From Acidimicrobiia bacterium (GTDB taxonomy: Bacteria; Actinomycetota; Acidimicrobiia; ATN3; PSLF01): a stretch of 64,000 nt of DNA. Below are positions 49,920 to 59,291 of this stretch, in pieces (the stretch's first letter is position 1; every line of letters starts with the position of its first letter). The notes below the pieces were generated by a model. That model ran no database searches, was not told where the DNA came from, and was given only the letters and a program-made list of their open reading frames with translations. Position numbers and translations under genes: made by a program. The stretch lies in NCBI GenBank assembly GCA_040289475.1, contig PSLF01000008.1, forward strand, positions 21,224-85,223, written 5' to 3'.

Positions 49920-50501
49920 ATGCCGCCAGACAAATATGCTTCCAAGGGCCTCAAGAGAGCGGCTTATTTGTCGGAAACTGCGCGCAGGATGACCGCTGCT
50001 GACTGCGCGGGTATCCGTGTAGGAATAGTGGCGGCCAGATGGAACTTCCGAGTCACCGAGAAGCTGTTATATGGGGCTAGAGCCGCTCTAGCGAGCGTAG
50101 GTATTGACCTGAATGACCGGTCTAGATGCATCTTGGTATGGGTGCCTGGGGCATTCGAGATTCCGATAGCGGTTGCTAAGGTGATAGAGCTTGAGCGGGT
50201 TCATGCTGTCGTAGCTCTCGGATGCGTCGTAAGGGGAGATACTGACCACTACCACTACGTTGCCTCGGCTGCTTCCTATGGATTACAAGAGGTGTCTTTG
50301 AGAACAGGGGTGCCAGTGGCCTTCGGCGTTTTGACCACTTACGACATGGACCAGGCCTTGGCAAGAGCTGCTGACAGTGTCGAGTCCAATAAAGGCTTCG
50401 AGGCAGCTACGGCAGCGTTGGAGATGATCCTTACGTTGAGGGAACTCGGAGGGAGCGACTCTAAATCCATTTGGCGTCACCTAAGGTGCCACAGGACCTA
50501 A
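49920..50501 (+). CDS. ribH: 6,7-dimethyl-8-ribityllumazine synthase
   Basis: GIRVGIVAARWN ... VVALGCVVRGDTDHYHYV; an alternative start at ATG 49989 would give a more typical 171 aa. Confidence 0.9.
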   Translation: MPPDKYASKGLKRAAYLSETARRMTAADCAGIRVGIVAARWNFRVTEKLLYGARAALASVGIDLNDRSRCILVWVPGAFEIPIAVAKVIELERVHAVVALGCVVRGDTDHYHYVASAASYGLQEVSLRTGVPVAFGVLTTYDMDQALARAADSVESNKGFEAATAALEMILTLRELGGSDSKSIWRHLRCHRT

Positions 50502-51946
50502 GCGCCTCCGCCACGTCGATGAGGAGGAGGCGGAACTGGAGACTCCGCGGATGCTTGTACAACCTCGTGAGACCCTTCGCCTTCTGCGCTTTGCAAGCCG
50601 TCACTTCGTCGATCGGATCGGCTTCGGCCGTCCTTTCTCGCTCTCCGAGGCCGCGACGCGGTACCGCTTTCAGGCCGCGAGCGGGAAGACTCATCGGTAT
50701 CTAGCGAGTTCAACTGCTCTAGGAGATGGGGGGATGCGGCTGATATTTCGAGAGAAGGCATCCCTACTCCCGGCACATAGCTCTCGGCAACCGGGGCGTG
50801 CTCCACATCCGAAACTAATACGGGGCGGCCGACTCTCCCTCTTCCTGCTTCTTTCGCCTCGTAAAGACTAGTGTCCGCTGCCGCCATGACTGCGCTAGCT
50901 GTGGCGGCTCCTTTGCCCGGATAGCACCCGATTCCGATCGTGCAAGAGATGGGTATGTCCCCCCAACTTGTACGTACCGGTGTTTGCTTGAAGCACTCTA
51001 GGATTCGTGCTGCGACACGTTCAGCTACATCTGTTGTGGCAGCCTTGACTGCGGCGGCGAACTCGTCTCCGCCCATTCGTCCGACCAAATCACCTGTCCG
51101 AAGACAAGAGGCTATTCTCTCGGACGCGGCTCTCAGGACAGCATCTCCAGCCTGGTGTCCGTATGTGTCATTGATGTCCTTGAAATAGTCTAAGTCGATC
51201 TCTAGATAGCCGAGCCCCTGCCCCGCAGATCGGGCTTCCAAGAGCGCGTTTTCCAAAGCATCCTCGAAGTTGCGGCGGTTCATTACACGTGTAAGGTGGT
51301 CGAAGCTGGAAAGAAAGTTCATTTTGCGCATAGCGTCTTCCATGCGCTGGCGGGCTTCGCCTTCTGCAACGAGGAGTTTGAAGTTCATGTCGGCTACAGC
51401 CTGAACGAGGAAGCAAGTCCCTAAAAGTACAAGCATTTCAGCAATGAACTCTCGCCATTCTTTGGCGTTAGCAATCCCAAATCCCCGAGCCATCGCGCCT
51501 GCAACAACAAGCCCCAGTGTCACGGTAACCTGTGGTCCCGAAAGCGGGCGGAGAAGGATTCCTACAATAATTGTGTGAAACGCGGTAAACAGAACTGTCT
51601 GTTTGCCAAAGACCACGATCAACGCAAAGAAAAACGCCAAGGTAAAGTAGTGGATGTATGTGAGCGCGTAAAGGCGCGGAAGAGATATCACGCTGGATCT
51701 GGACGCTAGAAAAATAATGATCAAGCTTCCAACTAGCATGGAGCGGAGGACCCAAACCTTACTGGGATCCTGAATTGGCTGGAAGAGGTCGAGCAAGAAA
51801 GACGCAATGACCATCACTATCGAAATGCCGAGAGCCAGCTGGCTTCGGTAGCGCATGAGCTTTATGTGATCGGGGAATGCCTCTTCAGTGGGGAAGAGAC
51901 GTTCTCCGAGAGTCAGCTCTTCAGCAGTTTCCCAGGGTCTTGTCAT
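50498..51946 (-). CDS. Membrane-anchored diguanylate cyclase (GGDEF) with disordered C-terminal tail
   Basis: Only minus-strand gene; ~6 N-terminal TM helices, then GGDEF domain with intact RMGGDEF active site and RxxD-type region; convergent with ribH (4-nt overlap). Confidence 0.88.
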   Translation of the reverse strand: MTRPWETAEELTLGERLFPTEEAFPDHIKLMRYRSQLALGISIVMVIASFLLDLFQPIQDPSKVWVLRSMLVGSLIIIFLASRSSVISLPRLYALTYIHYFTLAFFFALIVVFGKQTVLFTAFHTIIVGILLRPLSGPQVTVTLGLVVAGAMARGFGIANAKEWREFIAEMLVLLGTCFLVQAVADMNFKLLVAEGEARQRMEDAMRKMNFLSSFDHLTRVMNRRNFEDALENALLEARSAGQGLGYLEIDLDYFKDINDTYGHQAGDAVLRAASERIASCLRTGDLVGRMGGDEFAAAVKAATTDVAERVAARILECFKQTPVRTSWGDIPISCTIGIGCYPGKGAATASAVMAAADTSLYEAKEAGRGRVGRPVLVSDVEHAPVAESYVPGVGMPSLEISAASPHLLEQLNSLDTDESSRSRPESGTASRPRRARKDGRSRSDRRSDGLQSAEGEGSHEVVQASAESPVPPPPHRRGGGA

Positions 51947-52173
51947 TGGCGGCTCGTGTCATGTGCATCGGTAGCGGCGCGCTAGCACTCATTCAAAAAT
52001 GTTCTCTATCGAGGTATCGACGCGGTTCGTTTGGGGATCAAGCGCGAAATGGGACGCCGTTTACTTGATGGTTCGTTACCCAGTGGGCAGGCGTACTTAT
52101 TCTATCGTCACTTTCGAGTGTATGTGCGGCAAACGCTACATGTACTCTTGGCAAGGCAGATGAGGAGGAGGAA

Positions 52174-53049
52174 TTGCTGAAACTAGTATTGCCTAAGGGT
52201 TCTTTAGAAGATGCCACCATAAAGCTGTTTGACGAAGCCGACCTATCGATTCAGCGCCGCTCGGCCAGGGATTACAAGGCAGATATCGACGACGCTCGCA
52301 TTGAGTCGGTTCGTTTTTTGCGCCCACAGGAAATTCCGCACTACGTAGCGGACGGGCTATTCGATGCCGGAATTACTGGCAGAGACTGGATCGAAGAGAC
52401 CGGGGCCGACGTCGTTAGTGTCACCGAGCTGAGGTACTCGAAGTCCACATCGAGACCGGTCCTGCTCGTACTAGCGGTTGCCGAATCGTCGCCTTATAAG
52501 AAGCCCTCGGATCTTGCTCCTGGTATCAGGGTGTCGACTGAGTACCCGCGAATTACATCGCGATACTTCGAAAAGTTGGGAATCGAGGTGAAAATCCAGC
52601 TTTCTTACGGCGCTACGGAGGCCAAAGTACCTGACATCGTAGATGCGATCGTAGACAACACCGAGACCGGGGCGTCATTGCGCGCCGCCGGAGTGCGCAT
52701 TATCGATACCCTGCTTGAGAGCTACCCCGAGCTGATCGTTAATGCTAGTGCCTGGCAAGATCTATCGAAGAGGAAAGCCTTGGAGGAAATTGCCGTACTG
52801 TTGAGGGGGGCGCTCGACGCCAGAGGGAGAGTGCTGATAAAGCTAAACGTCTCGTCTGAGAAGCTCAAAGACGTTGTCGAGGTGCTTCCGTCGATGAAGT
52901 CGCCCACTGTCTCGACTTTGCACGGTGGCACATACTTCGCTGTCGAGACCGTGGTGCCCAAGTCGGGGGTGAACGAGCTGATACCGTTACTAAAGGACCG
53001 AGGGGCAGAAGACATAGTCGAGATGCCTATATCAAAGATCGTATTGTGA
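52174..53049 (+). CDS. hisG: ATP phosphoribosyltransferase, long form
   Basis: MLKLVLPKGSLEDATIKLF, 291 aa with C-terminal regulatory domain. Confidence 0.93.
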   Translation: MLKLVLPKGSLEDATIKLFDEADLSIQRRSARDYKADIDDARIESVRFLRPQEIPHYVADGLFDAGITGRDWIEETGADVVSVTELRYSKSTSRPVLLVLAVAESSPYKKPSDLAPGIRVSTEYPRITSRYFEKLGIEVKIQLSYGATEAKVPDIVDAIVDNTETGASLRAAGVRIIDTLLESYPELIVNASAWQDLSKRKALEEIAVLLRGALDARGRVLIKLNVSSEKLKDVVEVLPSMKSPTVSTLHGGTYFAVETVVPKSGVNELIPLLKDRGAEDIVEMPISKIVL

Positions 53050-53098
53050 CCCCCAAGGTGTGCACTCAGAGGTTTTCACTGGAGGCAGCGCAACGCAG

Positions 53099-53347
53099 GT
53101 GTCGAGTGAAGTTCGTGGAACAGTTAAGTGGTACATAGAGGCCAAGGGATTCGGCTTCATCGTCGCTGATAATGGAGCAGAGTTTTTCGTGAGGCAGGAA
53201 AACATCGAAGTGGATGGATACAAAGGGCTCCGTAAGCGGGCTCGCGTAATTTTTGAAGTCGGCAAGGATGAGGATGGCAAGCTTGAGGCCACAAGAGTCC
53301 GGCCGGAACCGGGTTCATCCGAGTCCATGGATGATACAGCGAGATAG
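53099..53347 (+). CDS. Cold-shock domain protein with C-terminal extension
   Basis: GTVKWYIEAKGFGFIV RNP-1 motif; GTG start inferred. Confidence 0.85.
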   Translation: MSSEVRGTVKWYIEAKGFGFIVADNGAEFFVRQENIEVDGYKGLRKRARVIFEVGKDEDGKLEATRVRPEPGSSESMDDTAR

Positions 53348-53539
53348 AAGCTCGAAGTGAGCGAATCCTGAGCGGTTTCTCTGCTGAGCAGTCAACCTAC
53401 CCTTCTGTTACGGCGATGACTTGTTTATACTCGGTAAACCCGTTGTGGGCCTCTGGCCCTGGATACCCTGGCTCGTTGTGGTACGAGGGGTCTAGAGCGG
53501 CCGGGTAGCGTTTCGATCGCGTCGAAAGGAGTCAAGGAG

Positions 53540-54106
53540 ATACGGGCTAAGCCAAGGGGGAAAGAGGGAGTCGGCCAGACTCGGAAGCATCGCGTCAACG
53601 ACGAGATCACCGCACCTAAGGTGCGCCTCATTTCGGAGACCGGGGAGCAACTCGGTATAAAGACAATTCAGGAAGCGTTGGCAACCGCGGCGTCGCAAGA
53701 GCTTGATCTTGTAGAAGTAGCTCCTCAGGCCGATCCACCGGTGTGCCGGCTAATGGACTATGGCAAATGGCTGTACGAAGAGTCCCAGCGCATTAGGGAG
53801 GCACGCAAACACCAAACCCATATCGTCATAAAAGAAATGAAATTTCGCCCAAAGATTGATCAGCACGATTACGAGACCAAACTCAAACATATCGAACGGT
53901 TTTTGTCAGAAGGTGCAAAGGTGAAAGTGACAGTGATGTTTCGGGGACGGGAGCTTGCCCATCCAGACATTGGTCACAACTTGCTGGAAAAGATTGCCAC
54001 CGACCTAAGCGACGCAGCATCGGTGGAGCATCAGCCTGAACTCGATGGCAGGAACATGGTTATGGTGCTGGCCCCTACCAAGAAGGAGCGAAAGACCAAT
54101 GCCTAA
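53540..54106 (+). CDS. infC: Translation initiation factor IF-3, probable non-AUG (AUA/AUU-type) start
   Basis: IF-3 homology extends upstream of the first GTG ([25 protein letters not shown]); SD-like aaaggag at 53525-53531 is followed by ATA at 53540; start coordinate approximate. Confidence 0.8.
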   Translation: MRAKPRGKEGVGQTRKHRVNDEITAPKVRLISETGEQLGIKTIQEALATAASQELDLVEVAPQADPPVCRLMDYGKWLYEESQRIREARKHQTHIVIKEMKFRPKIDQHDYETKLKHIERFLSEGAKVKVTVMFRGRELAHPDIGHNLLEKIATDLSDAASVEHQPELDGRNMVMVLAPTKKERKTNA

Positions 54107-54305
54107 AATGAAGACATCGCGTTCTGCAGCCAAACGTTTCCGCTTGACCGGAACGGGCAAGATCATGCGTCGTCGGGCATACCGCAGTCATCTTCTGAGG
54201 AAAATGTCTAGTCGGAGGAAGCGGAGGCTCCAGGGAGACCAAGAACTAGCTTCCCCCGACCGCAGGGCGGCTCGCAGGCTGTTGGGGGGCCGGACCTCCG
54301 GCTAG
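54099..54305 (+). CDS. rpmI: 50S ribosomal protein L35
   Basis: [27 protein letters not shown]; start overlaps the infC stop by 8 nt. Confidence 0.9.
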   Translation: MPKMKTSRSAAKRFRLTGTGKIMRRRAYRSHLLRKMSSRRKRRLQGDQELASPDRRAARRLLGGRTSG

Positions 54306-54378
54306 CGAGACTGTTCGCTAAATGTCTATTTTCTGCAATGTCTTTCATCTCTCTGGGTAAAGGTGAATAAGGAGAGCC

Positions 54379-54744
54379 ATGAGAGTAAAGCGCGGAGTTC
54401 ACGCTAGGAAAAAACACCGGCAAATTCTAGAGCGAGCTAAGGGATATCGAGGCGCGGCGTCGAGACGGTTTCGAGTCGCCAACGAAGCGGTTATGCACGC
54501 GGGTCAGTACGCCTATAGAGACCGGCGGGCCCGCAAGGGCGACATGAGAAGGCTTTGGATAGTGAGAATCAACGCGGCTGCAAGAAGCTCCGGTCTCAGT
54601 TACTCGAAGTTTATCCGAGGCCTCAAAAGCGCGGGATTAGACGTTGACCGCAAGATGCTGGCAGATATCGCCGTCGAGGATCCGGGCACCTTCGTTCGCC
54701 TGGTACAAGAGGCACGGCGCTCGCTGTCAAAAGAAGCGCCCTAA
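54379..54744 (+). CDS. rplT: 50S ribosomal protein L20
   Basis: [25 protein letters not shown] canonical. Confidence 0.95.
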   Translation: MRVKRGVHARKKHRQILERAKGYRGAASRRFRVANEAVMHAGQYAYRDRRARKGDMRRLWIVRINAAARSSGLSYSKFIRGLKSAGLDVDRKMLADIAVEDPGTFVRLVQEARRSLSKEAP

Positions 54745-54764
54745 TTCCCGCGGGGATAGCGGGG

Positions 54765-55562
54765 ATGGCCGTGTCAACACCGCACGGAGACACTGCTTCA
54801 TCTGGTGACAATTCATCTGCGAATAACACCAATGCAGAGCGGATTCCCTCTGTGGCACAGTTCGTTTCTCAGGCGAGCCACGATCTGAAGACCCCTCTAG
54901 CCGCGATTAGTGGATATGCCGTGACTCTGGAGCGCCGGGGTGATTCTCTCGAGCAGTCTTTGAGGTACGAGATGCTCTACCACATTAGGGGGGCGGCGGC
55001 CAGGATGCAATCAGCAGTGGACCAACTCGTAGACTACGCCCGTTTGGAGCTGGGAGCCATTGAATGGGAGCCTGTACTTGTAGACGTGTCCGAGGTAGTG
55101 AGAGAAATTGTCCGCAGGGTCAGAGAAGGCTTCAAAGATTCCGATATTGAGATTGAGGTCGAAAAGACCGGGCTATCGGTGGCCAAGGCTGACCCAGGGA
55201 GGCTATCGAAGGCATTGGAGGCGCTCGTCGAAAACGCCCTCCGGCACGGGAGCGGTAAGGCCCGTGTGTCTCTTCGAGTCACTGCTCAGTTCGTGAGTGT
55301 GCGGGTTGAAGACGGCGGTGAGGGGATCCCAGATGGTCTCAAGAGCCTCATTTTCTCAGCGGACTTGGAGGGTCGCCCCCGATCTGGTCAGCCTCGGGGG
55401 CTCGGAATCGCACTGCACAATGCACGAAGAATTATGCGGCTTCAAGGCGGAGACATTCGTCTTGTTACCCCTCGGTCGACTGGAGATTATCCAGGGGCAG
55501 TGTTCGAACTTCTAGTCCCTCGGGCAACACAGCTCGTTCGTGAGGATATTGAAGATGCCTGA
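54765..55562 (+). CDS. Cytoplasmic sensor-less histidine kinase (HisKA + HATPase_c only)
   Basis: H-box SHDLKTPL, N/G boxes ENALRHG, DGGEGIP, GLGIAL; no TM or sensor domain; lies between rplT and pheS. Confidence 0.85.
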   Translation: MAVSTPHGDTASSGDNSSANNTNAERIPSVAQFVSQASHDLKTPLAAISGYAVTLERRGDSLEQSLRYEMLYHIRGAAARMQSAVDQLVDYARLELGAIEWEPVLVDVSEVVREIVRRVREGFKDSDIEIEVEKTGLSVAKADPGRLSKALEALVENALRHGSGKARVSLRVTAQFVSVRVEDGGEGIPDGLKSLIFSADLEGRPRSGQPRGLGIALHNARRIMRLQGGDIRLVTPRSTGDYPGAVFELLVPRATQLVREDIEDA

Positions 55563-56616
55563 ATCAACAGTAGATCCAAAGCTGGACTTGCACCGCCTCG
55601 AGGAAATCGTTGCAGATGCGATCTCTGCGGTGGAGGCAGCGCCAGACCTGGAAACTCTCGAGCGGCTCGACTCGATGTTCTTGGGAAAAAGCTCTGCTTT
55701 GGCTGACGCCAACAGGAAGCTTCGGTATGTGGCTCCGGAAAAGCGGCCCGAGGCTGGAAGGCGCATCGCGGAGCTTCGTCGCACCTTAGAAGAGGCGGTT
55801 TTGAAAAAGCGTCGGGATCTCGAGAGCGAGCGGATCCTAGCGAGACTCGCCGGGGAACGTATTGATGTCACGCTGCCGTCTCCGGCTCCGAGGCCAGGAC
55901 GCCTCCACGTTCTAGACAAGGTCACCGAGGAGATCGTCGACATCTTCGTAGGCATGGGCTACTCCGTTGCCGAAGGACGCGAGGTAGAAACGGACTACTA
56001 CAATTTCGAGGCTTTGAACACTCCTAAGTGGCATCCGGCGCGTTCCATGCACGACACCTTGTATCTCGATACAGGGAGGGGAGAGGAAGTGCTGCTTCGG
56101 ACGCACACTTCTCCGGTCCAGGTTCATGTTATGGAGGCTAGGCGGCCGCCGCTCTTCATGATTTCGCCGGGGCGAGTGTTTCGACGGGACACACTAGACC
56201 CGACTCATTCCCCAGTATTCCATCAAGTGGAAGGCCTTGCCGTAGATCGCGAAATCACACTCGGGGATTTAGCTGGTACTTTGGAGCACTTCGTAAAAGA
56301 GTTCTTCGGGGAGGGCGAGCGCATACGCATGCTTCCATCGTACTTTCCTTTCACTGAACCATCGGTAGAGGTTGCAATGTCGTGCTTTGCCTGCTCCGGC
56401 TCGGGTTGCTCGATTTGTGGGCGCAGCGGATGGATAGAGGTGCTAGGGGCCGGAATGGTCGACCCCAAAGTATTCGAGGCTGTCGGATACGATGCTGAAG
56501 AGTGGCAGGGTTTCGCTTTTGGCATGGGTGTAGAGCGTTTGGCAATGCTGCGCTACGGCATTCCCGACATCAGACTTTTCTACGAGAACGACTTGCGGTT
56601 CCTTTCCCAGTTTTGA
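55540..56616 (+). CDS. pheS: Phenylalanine--tRNA ligase alpha subunit
   Basis: 358 aa, class II motifs (FRRDTLDPTHSPVFHQVEG). Confidence 0.95.
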   Translation: MRILKMPESTVDPKLDLHRLEEIVADAISAVEAAPDLETLERLDSMFLGKSSALADANRKLRYVAPEKRPEAGRRIAELRRTLEEAVLKKRRDLESERILARLAGERIDVTLPSPAPRPGRLHVLDKVTEEIVDIFVGMGYSVAEGREVETDYYNFEALNTPKWHPARSMHDTLYLDTGRGEEVLLRTHTSPVQVHVMEARRPPLFMISPGRVFRRDTLDPTHSPVFHQVEGLAVDREITLGDLAGTLEHFVKEFFGEGERIRMLPSYFPFTEPSVEVAMSCFACSGSGCSICGRSGWIEVLGAGMVDPKVFEAVGYDAEEWQGFAFGMGVERLAMLRYGIPDIRLFYENDLRFLSQF

Positions 56617-56634
56617 GCAATCGGAGGTTGGAGC

Positions 56635-59064
56635 GTGCGCCTACCGTTGCGGTGGCTTCGGGACTATCTACCAATCGATGAGTCTCCTTCCGAGATTGCC
56701 TCTCGATTGGACTCGGCCGGTTTCGAGGTCGAGTCCGTGAGTACCTTCGGAGAAGGATGCAGAGGCCTGGTCGTAGCACGTGTCGAAGGATGGGAGCCGC
56801 ATCCAAATGCCGACAGGCTGAGGCTGTGCAAGATCCTGTACGGTACCGGGGATGCAGTCGATGTCGTGTGCGGGGCGTCCAACTTCGATGTTGGGGACTA
56901 CGTAGCTTTTGCCCCTCCCGGCTCCGAGATAGCCAGGGGTGTTCGAGTCGAGGCAAGGACGGTACGAGGCATCCAGTCTTACGGGATGATTTGCTCGGAA
57001 AGCGAGCTCGGAGTCGGGAGCGACTCGGAAGGAATATTGGTCATTGCTGACAGGTCTTCAGGACCGGACCTTGGGCTAGAGGTGGGAACTCCGCTAGAGG
57101 AAGTCTTGGGGCTTGGTGACAGCGTAATAGAGGTCGACATCACTCCGAATCGCCCGGACGCCATGTCGGTGCTGGGGCTCGCCCGCGAGCTGAGTGCCTC
57201 CTCTGGCATGGAGTTCGTTTTGCCCGACATCAAGCTCAACGAAAGTGATCGCCCAGCTCGAGACAAGGTCTCTGTGGTAATCGAGGAGGAGTCCCGATGC
57301 CCTCGCTACATCGCCCGATACATCTTTGATGTTCGGGTTGGTCCATCACCTCTGTGGATGGCTCTTAGGCTGCGGGAAGCAGGTGCTAGGCCGATTAACA
57401 ACGTCGTCGACGTCACTAACTTTGTCTTGTTCGAGGTCGGCCATCCCCTCCACGCGTTTGACTACTCCACAGTATCTCAAGGGCGCATCGTGGTCAGGCT
57501 TGCCAGAGCAGGCGAGCGGATAGCAACTCTTGACGGCGACGAACACTCTTTAGACTCGGACGATCTCGTGATTGCTGATAGTGAGCGGCCGTTGGCGATC
57601 GCCGGCGTAGTAGGCGGGGAGGGAAGCGGGATCTCGGCTTCGACTACGGAAGTCTTGCTGGAGTCTGCGTACTTTGAGCCTGCTGGCATTCTTCGAACCG
57701 CGAAGCGCCATGGGATCAGGACCGAGTCGAGCGCAAGATTCGAGAGAGGCTGCGATCCCGAGGGCGCCGAGTGGGCTTCTAAGAGAGCGGCATGTTTGAT
57801 TCAGCAAGTCTGCGAAGCAACGGTGGCTAGGGGCGCCGTGGATGTATATCCTCGTCCGATAAATCCAGCACGTGTGCAACTACGAGCGCAGAAAACAAAC
57901 CGGTTACTCGGAACAGAGATCCCAATCGAGCGTCAGGCGGAACTTTTGTCTTCCATAGGCTTACGCATAATCGGGCGTTCCGAGACTGCCCTCGATGTCG
58001 AGGTTCCCACGTTCAGAAGGGATATTTTTCGAGAAGTCGATCTTATTGAGGAAGTTGGACGACTGTATGGATACGACAACGTAAAAAAGACACTTCCCGC
58101 TTCCGGAGCAAGGATAGGAAGGCTCGATCGGACTCAGCGCATAAGGCGCCGAATCTCACAGCTAGTGATCGGATGCGGTTTTACGGCGGTCAAAAACTTC
58201 TCGATGCTTTCTTTGGATAAGCTTCCGGTCGCGATGCGCTCGGCTACGACGAGTCTGGCAAATCCACTTCGAGTCGAGGAGAGCACTCTAAGACCGACAT
58301 TGATTCCTGGGCTCATGGAGTCAGCAGCACGGAACCTCGCACGCCGCCGCCAAGACCTACGTCTTTTCGAAATTGGTACGGTCTTTGGTCCACCTGACGA
58401 CGACGGCCTCCCGTCGGAACACCTCTCCTTGGGGGGAATCGTCGTGCTGCCCGATACCCGCCTCACCGGCGCTAGAAACGGTATTACCGATACGGTAGAG
58501 GCCCCTGAGTTTTTTGGTGCAAAGGCAGTACTTGATGCGGTGTTCGAGGCGGGGCGAGTAGACGGTGTGGAGTTCGTTCCCGATACCTTAGATGGTTTTC
58601 ATCCAGGGCGCTGCGCGGGCGTCCTCACCGATGGGGAGCGTATAGGTTTTGTGGCCGAAGTACTCCCGGAGTTTGCAACGGCATATCGGATAGAGGCTTC
58701 GACTGCGGTCTTCGAGGTCGATCTGGATAGGATCTGTGATCTTTTCTCGGAGACCGTTCCCTACAAGCAGTTTTCTCGTTTCCCTCCTGTCTACTTCGAT
58801 CTCGCTTTTGTAGTCGCAAACGACACTCCGGCAGCTGTCGTTGCGGAAGCTGTAATCGAGGGCGGGGGGCAGCTTGTAGAGCGTGCTGAAATACTCGATT
58901 TGTACCGTAGTCCGAAGCTTGGAGAAGGTAAAAAAAGCGTCACGGTTACGGTTACCCTCTCGGCTCTGGATCGAACACTAACCGACGAAGAAGCGGGCGA
59001 AGTAAGAGAAGCGATCATACAGCACGTAGGCGAGCGACTTGGTGCTGAGCTTAGGAGCTCCTAA
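56635..59064 (+). CDS. pheT: Phenylalanine--tRNA ligase beta subunit
   Basis: 809 aa, tRNA-binding N-domain, B3/4, B5, FDX-ACB domains. Confidence 0.95.
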   Translation: MRLPLRWLRDYLPIDESPSEIASRLDSAGFEVESVSTFGEGCRGLVVARVEGWEPHPNADRLRLCKILYGTGDAVDVVCGASNFDVGDYVAFAPPGSEIARGVRVEARTVRGIQSYGMICSESELGVGSDSEGILVIADRSSGPDLGLEVGTPLEEVLGLGDSVIEVDITPNRPDAMSVLGLARELSASSGMEFVLPDIKLNESDRPARDKVSVVIEEESRCPRYIARYIFDVRVGPSPLWMALRLREAGARPINNVVDVTNFVLFEVGHPLHAFDYSTVSQGRIVVRLARAGERIATLDGDEHSLDSDDLVIADSERPLAIAGVVGGEGSGISASTTEVLLESAYFEPAGILRTAKRHGIRTESSARFERGCDPEGAEWASKRAACLIQQVCEATVARGAVDVYPRPINPARVQLRAQKTNRLLGTEIPIERQAELLSSIGLRIIGRSETALDVEVPTFRRDIFREVDLIEEVGRLYGYDNVKKTLPASGARIGRLDRTQRIRRRISQLVIGCGFTAVKNFSMLSLDKLPVAMRSATTSLANPLRVEESTLRPTLIPGLMESAARNLARRRQDLRLFEIGTVFGPPDDDGLPSEHLSLGGIVVLPDTRLTGARNGITDTVEAPEFFGAKAVLDAVFEAGRVDGVEFVPDTLDGFHPGRCAGVLTDGERIGFVAEVLPEFATAYRIEASTAVFEVDLDRICDLFSETVPYKQFSRFPPVYFDLAFVVANDTPAAVVAEAVIEGGGQLVERAEILDLYRSPKLGEGKKSVTVTVTLSALDRTLTDEEAGEVREAIIQHVGERLGAELRSS

Positions 59065-59149
59065 TTTCCATCTCCTTCGTTCCTTAGGCGGAAGCGCCAT
59101 TTTTGGAATGGTCTTTAAAGCACTAGCGGGTCTTTGAAATTTGGCCGTC

Positions 59150-59205
59150 TCGTATGTTTGCACGCAGTAACGTATAGTGTATAATCTATATGCGCTATAC
59201 GTAAG
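59150..59205 (+). promoter_or_regulatory. Candidate arg-operon promoter with overlapping dyad operator
   Basis: TTGCAC (59158-59163), 16-nt spacer, TATAAT (59180-59185); nested inverted repeats tatag/ctata (59173-77/59186-90) and cgtatag/ctatacg (59171-77/59195-201) bracket the -10; lies in the AT-rich 225-bp gap upstream of argC. Confidence 0.5.
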
Positions 59206-59291
59206 TACTGCGAGCCCGATTGGATCGCTTGCATCGCTTACATCCAGTCGGGGCGCTTAGATCTAGATCGAAAAAAGGCAGGAAAGCAAAG

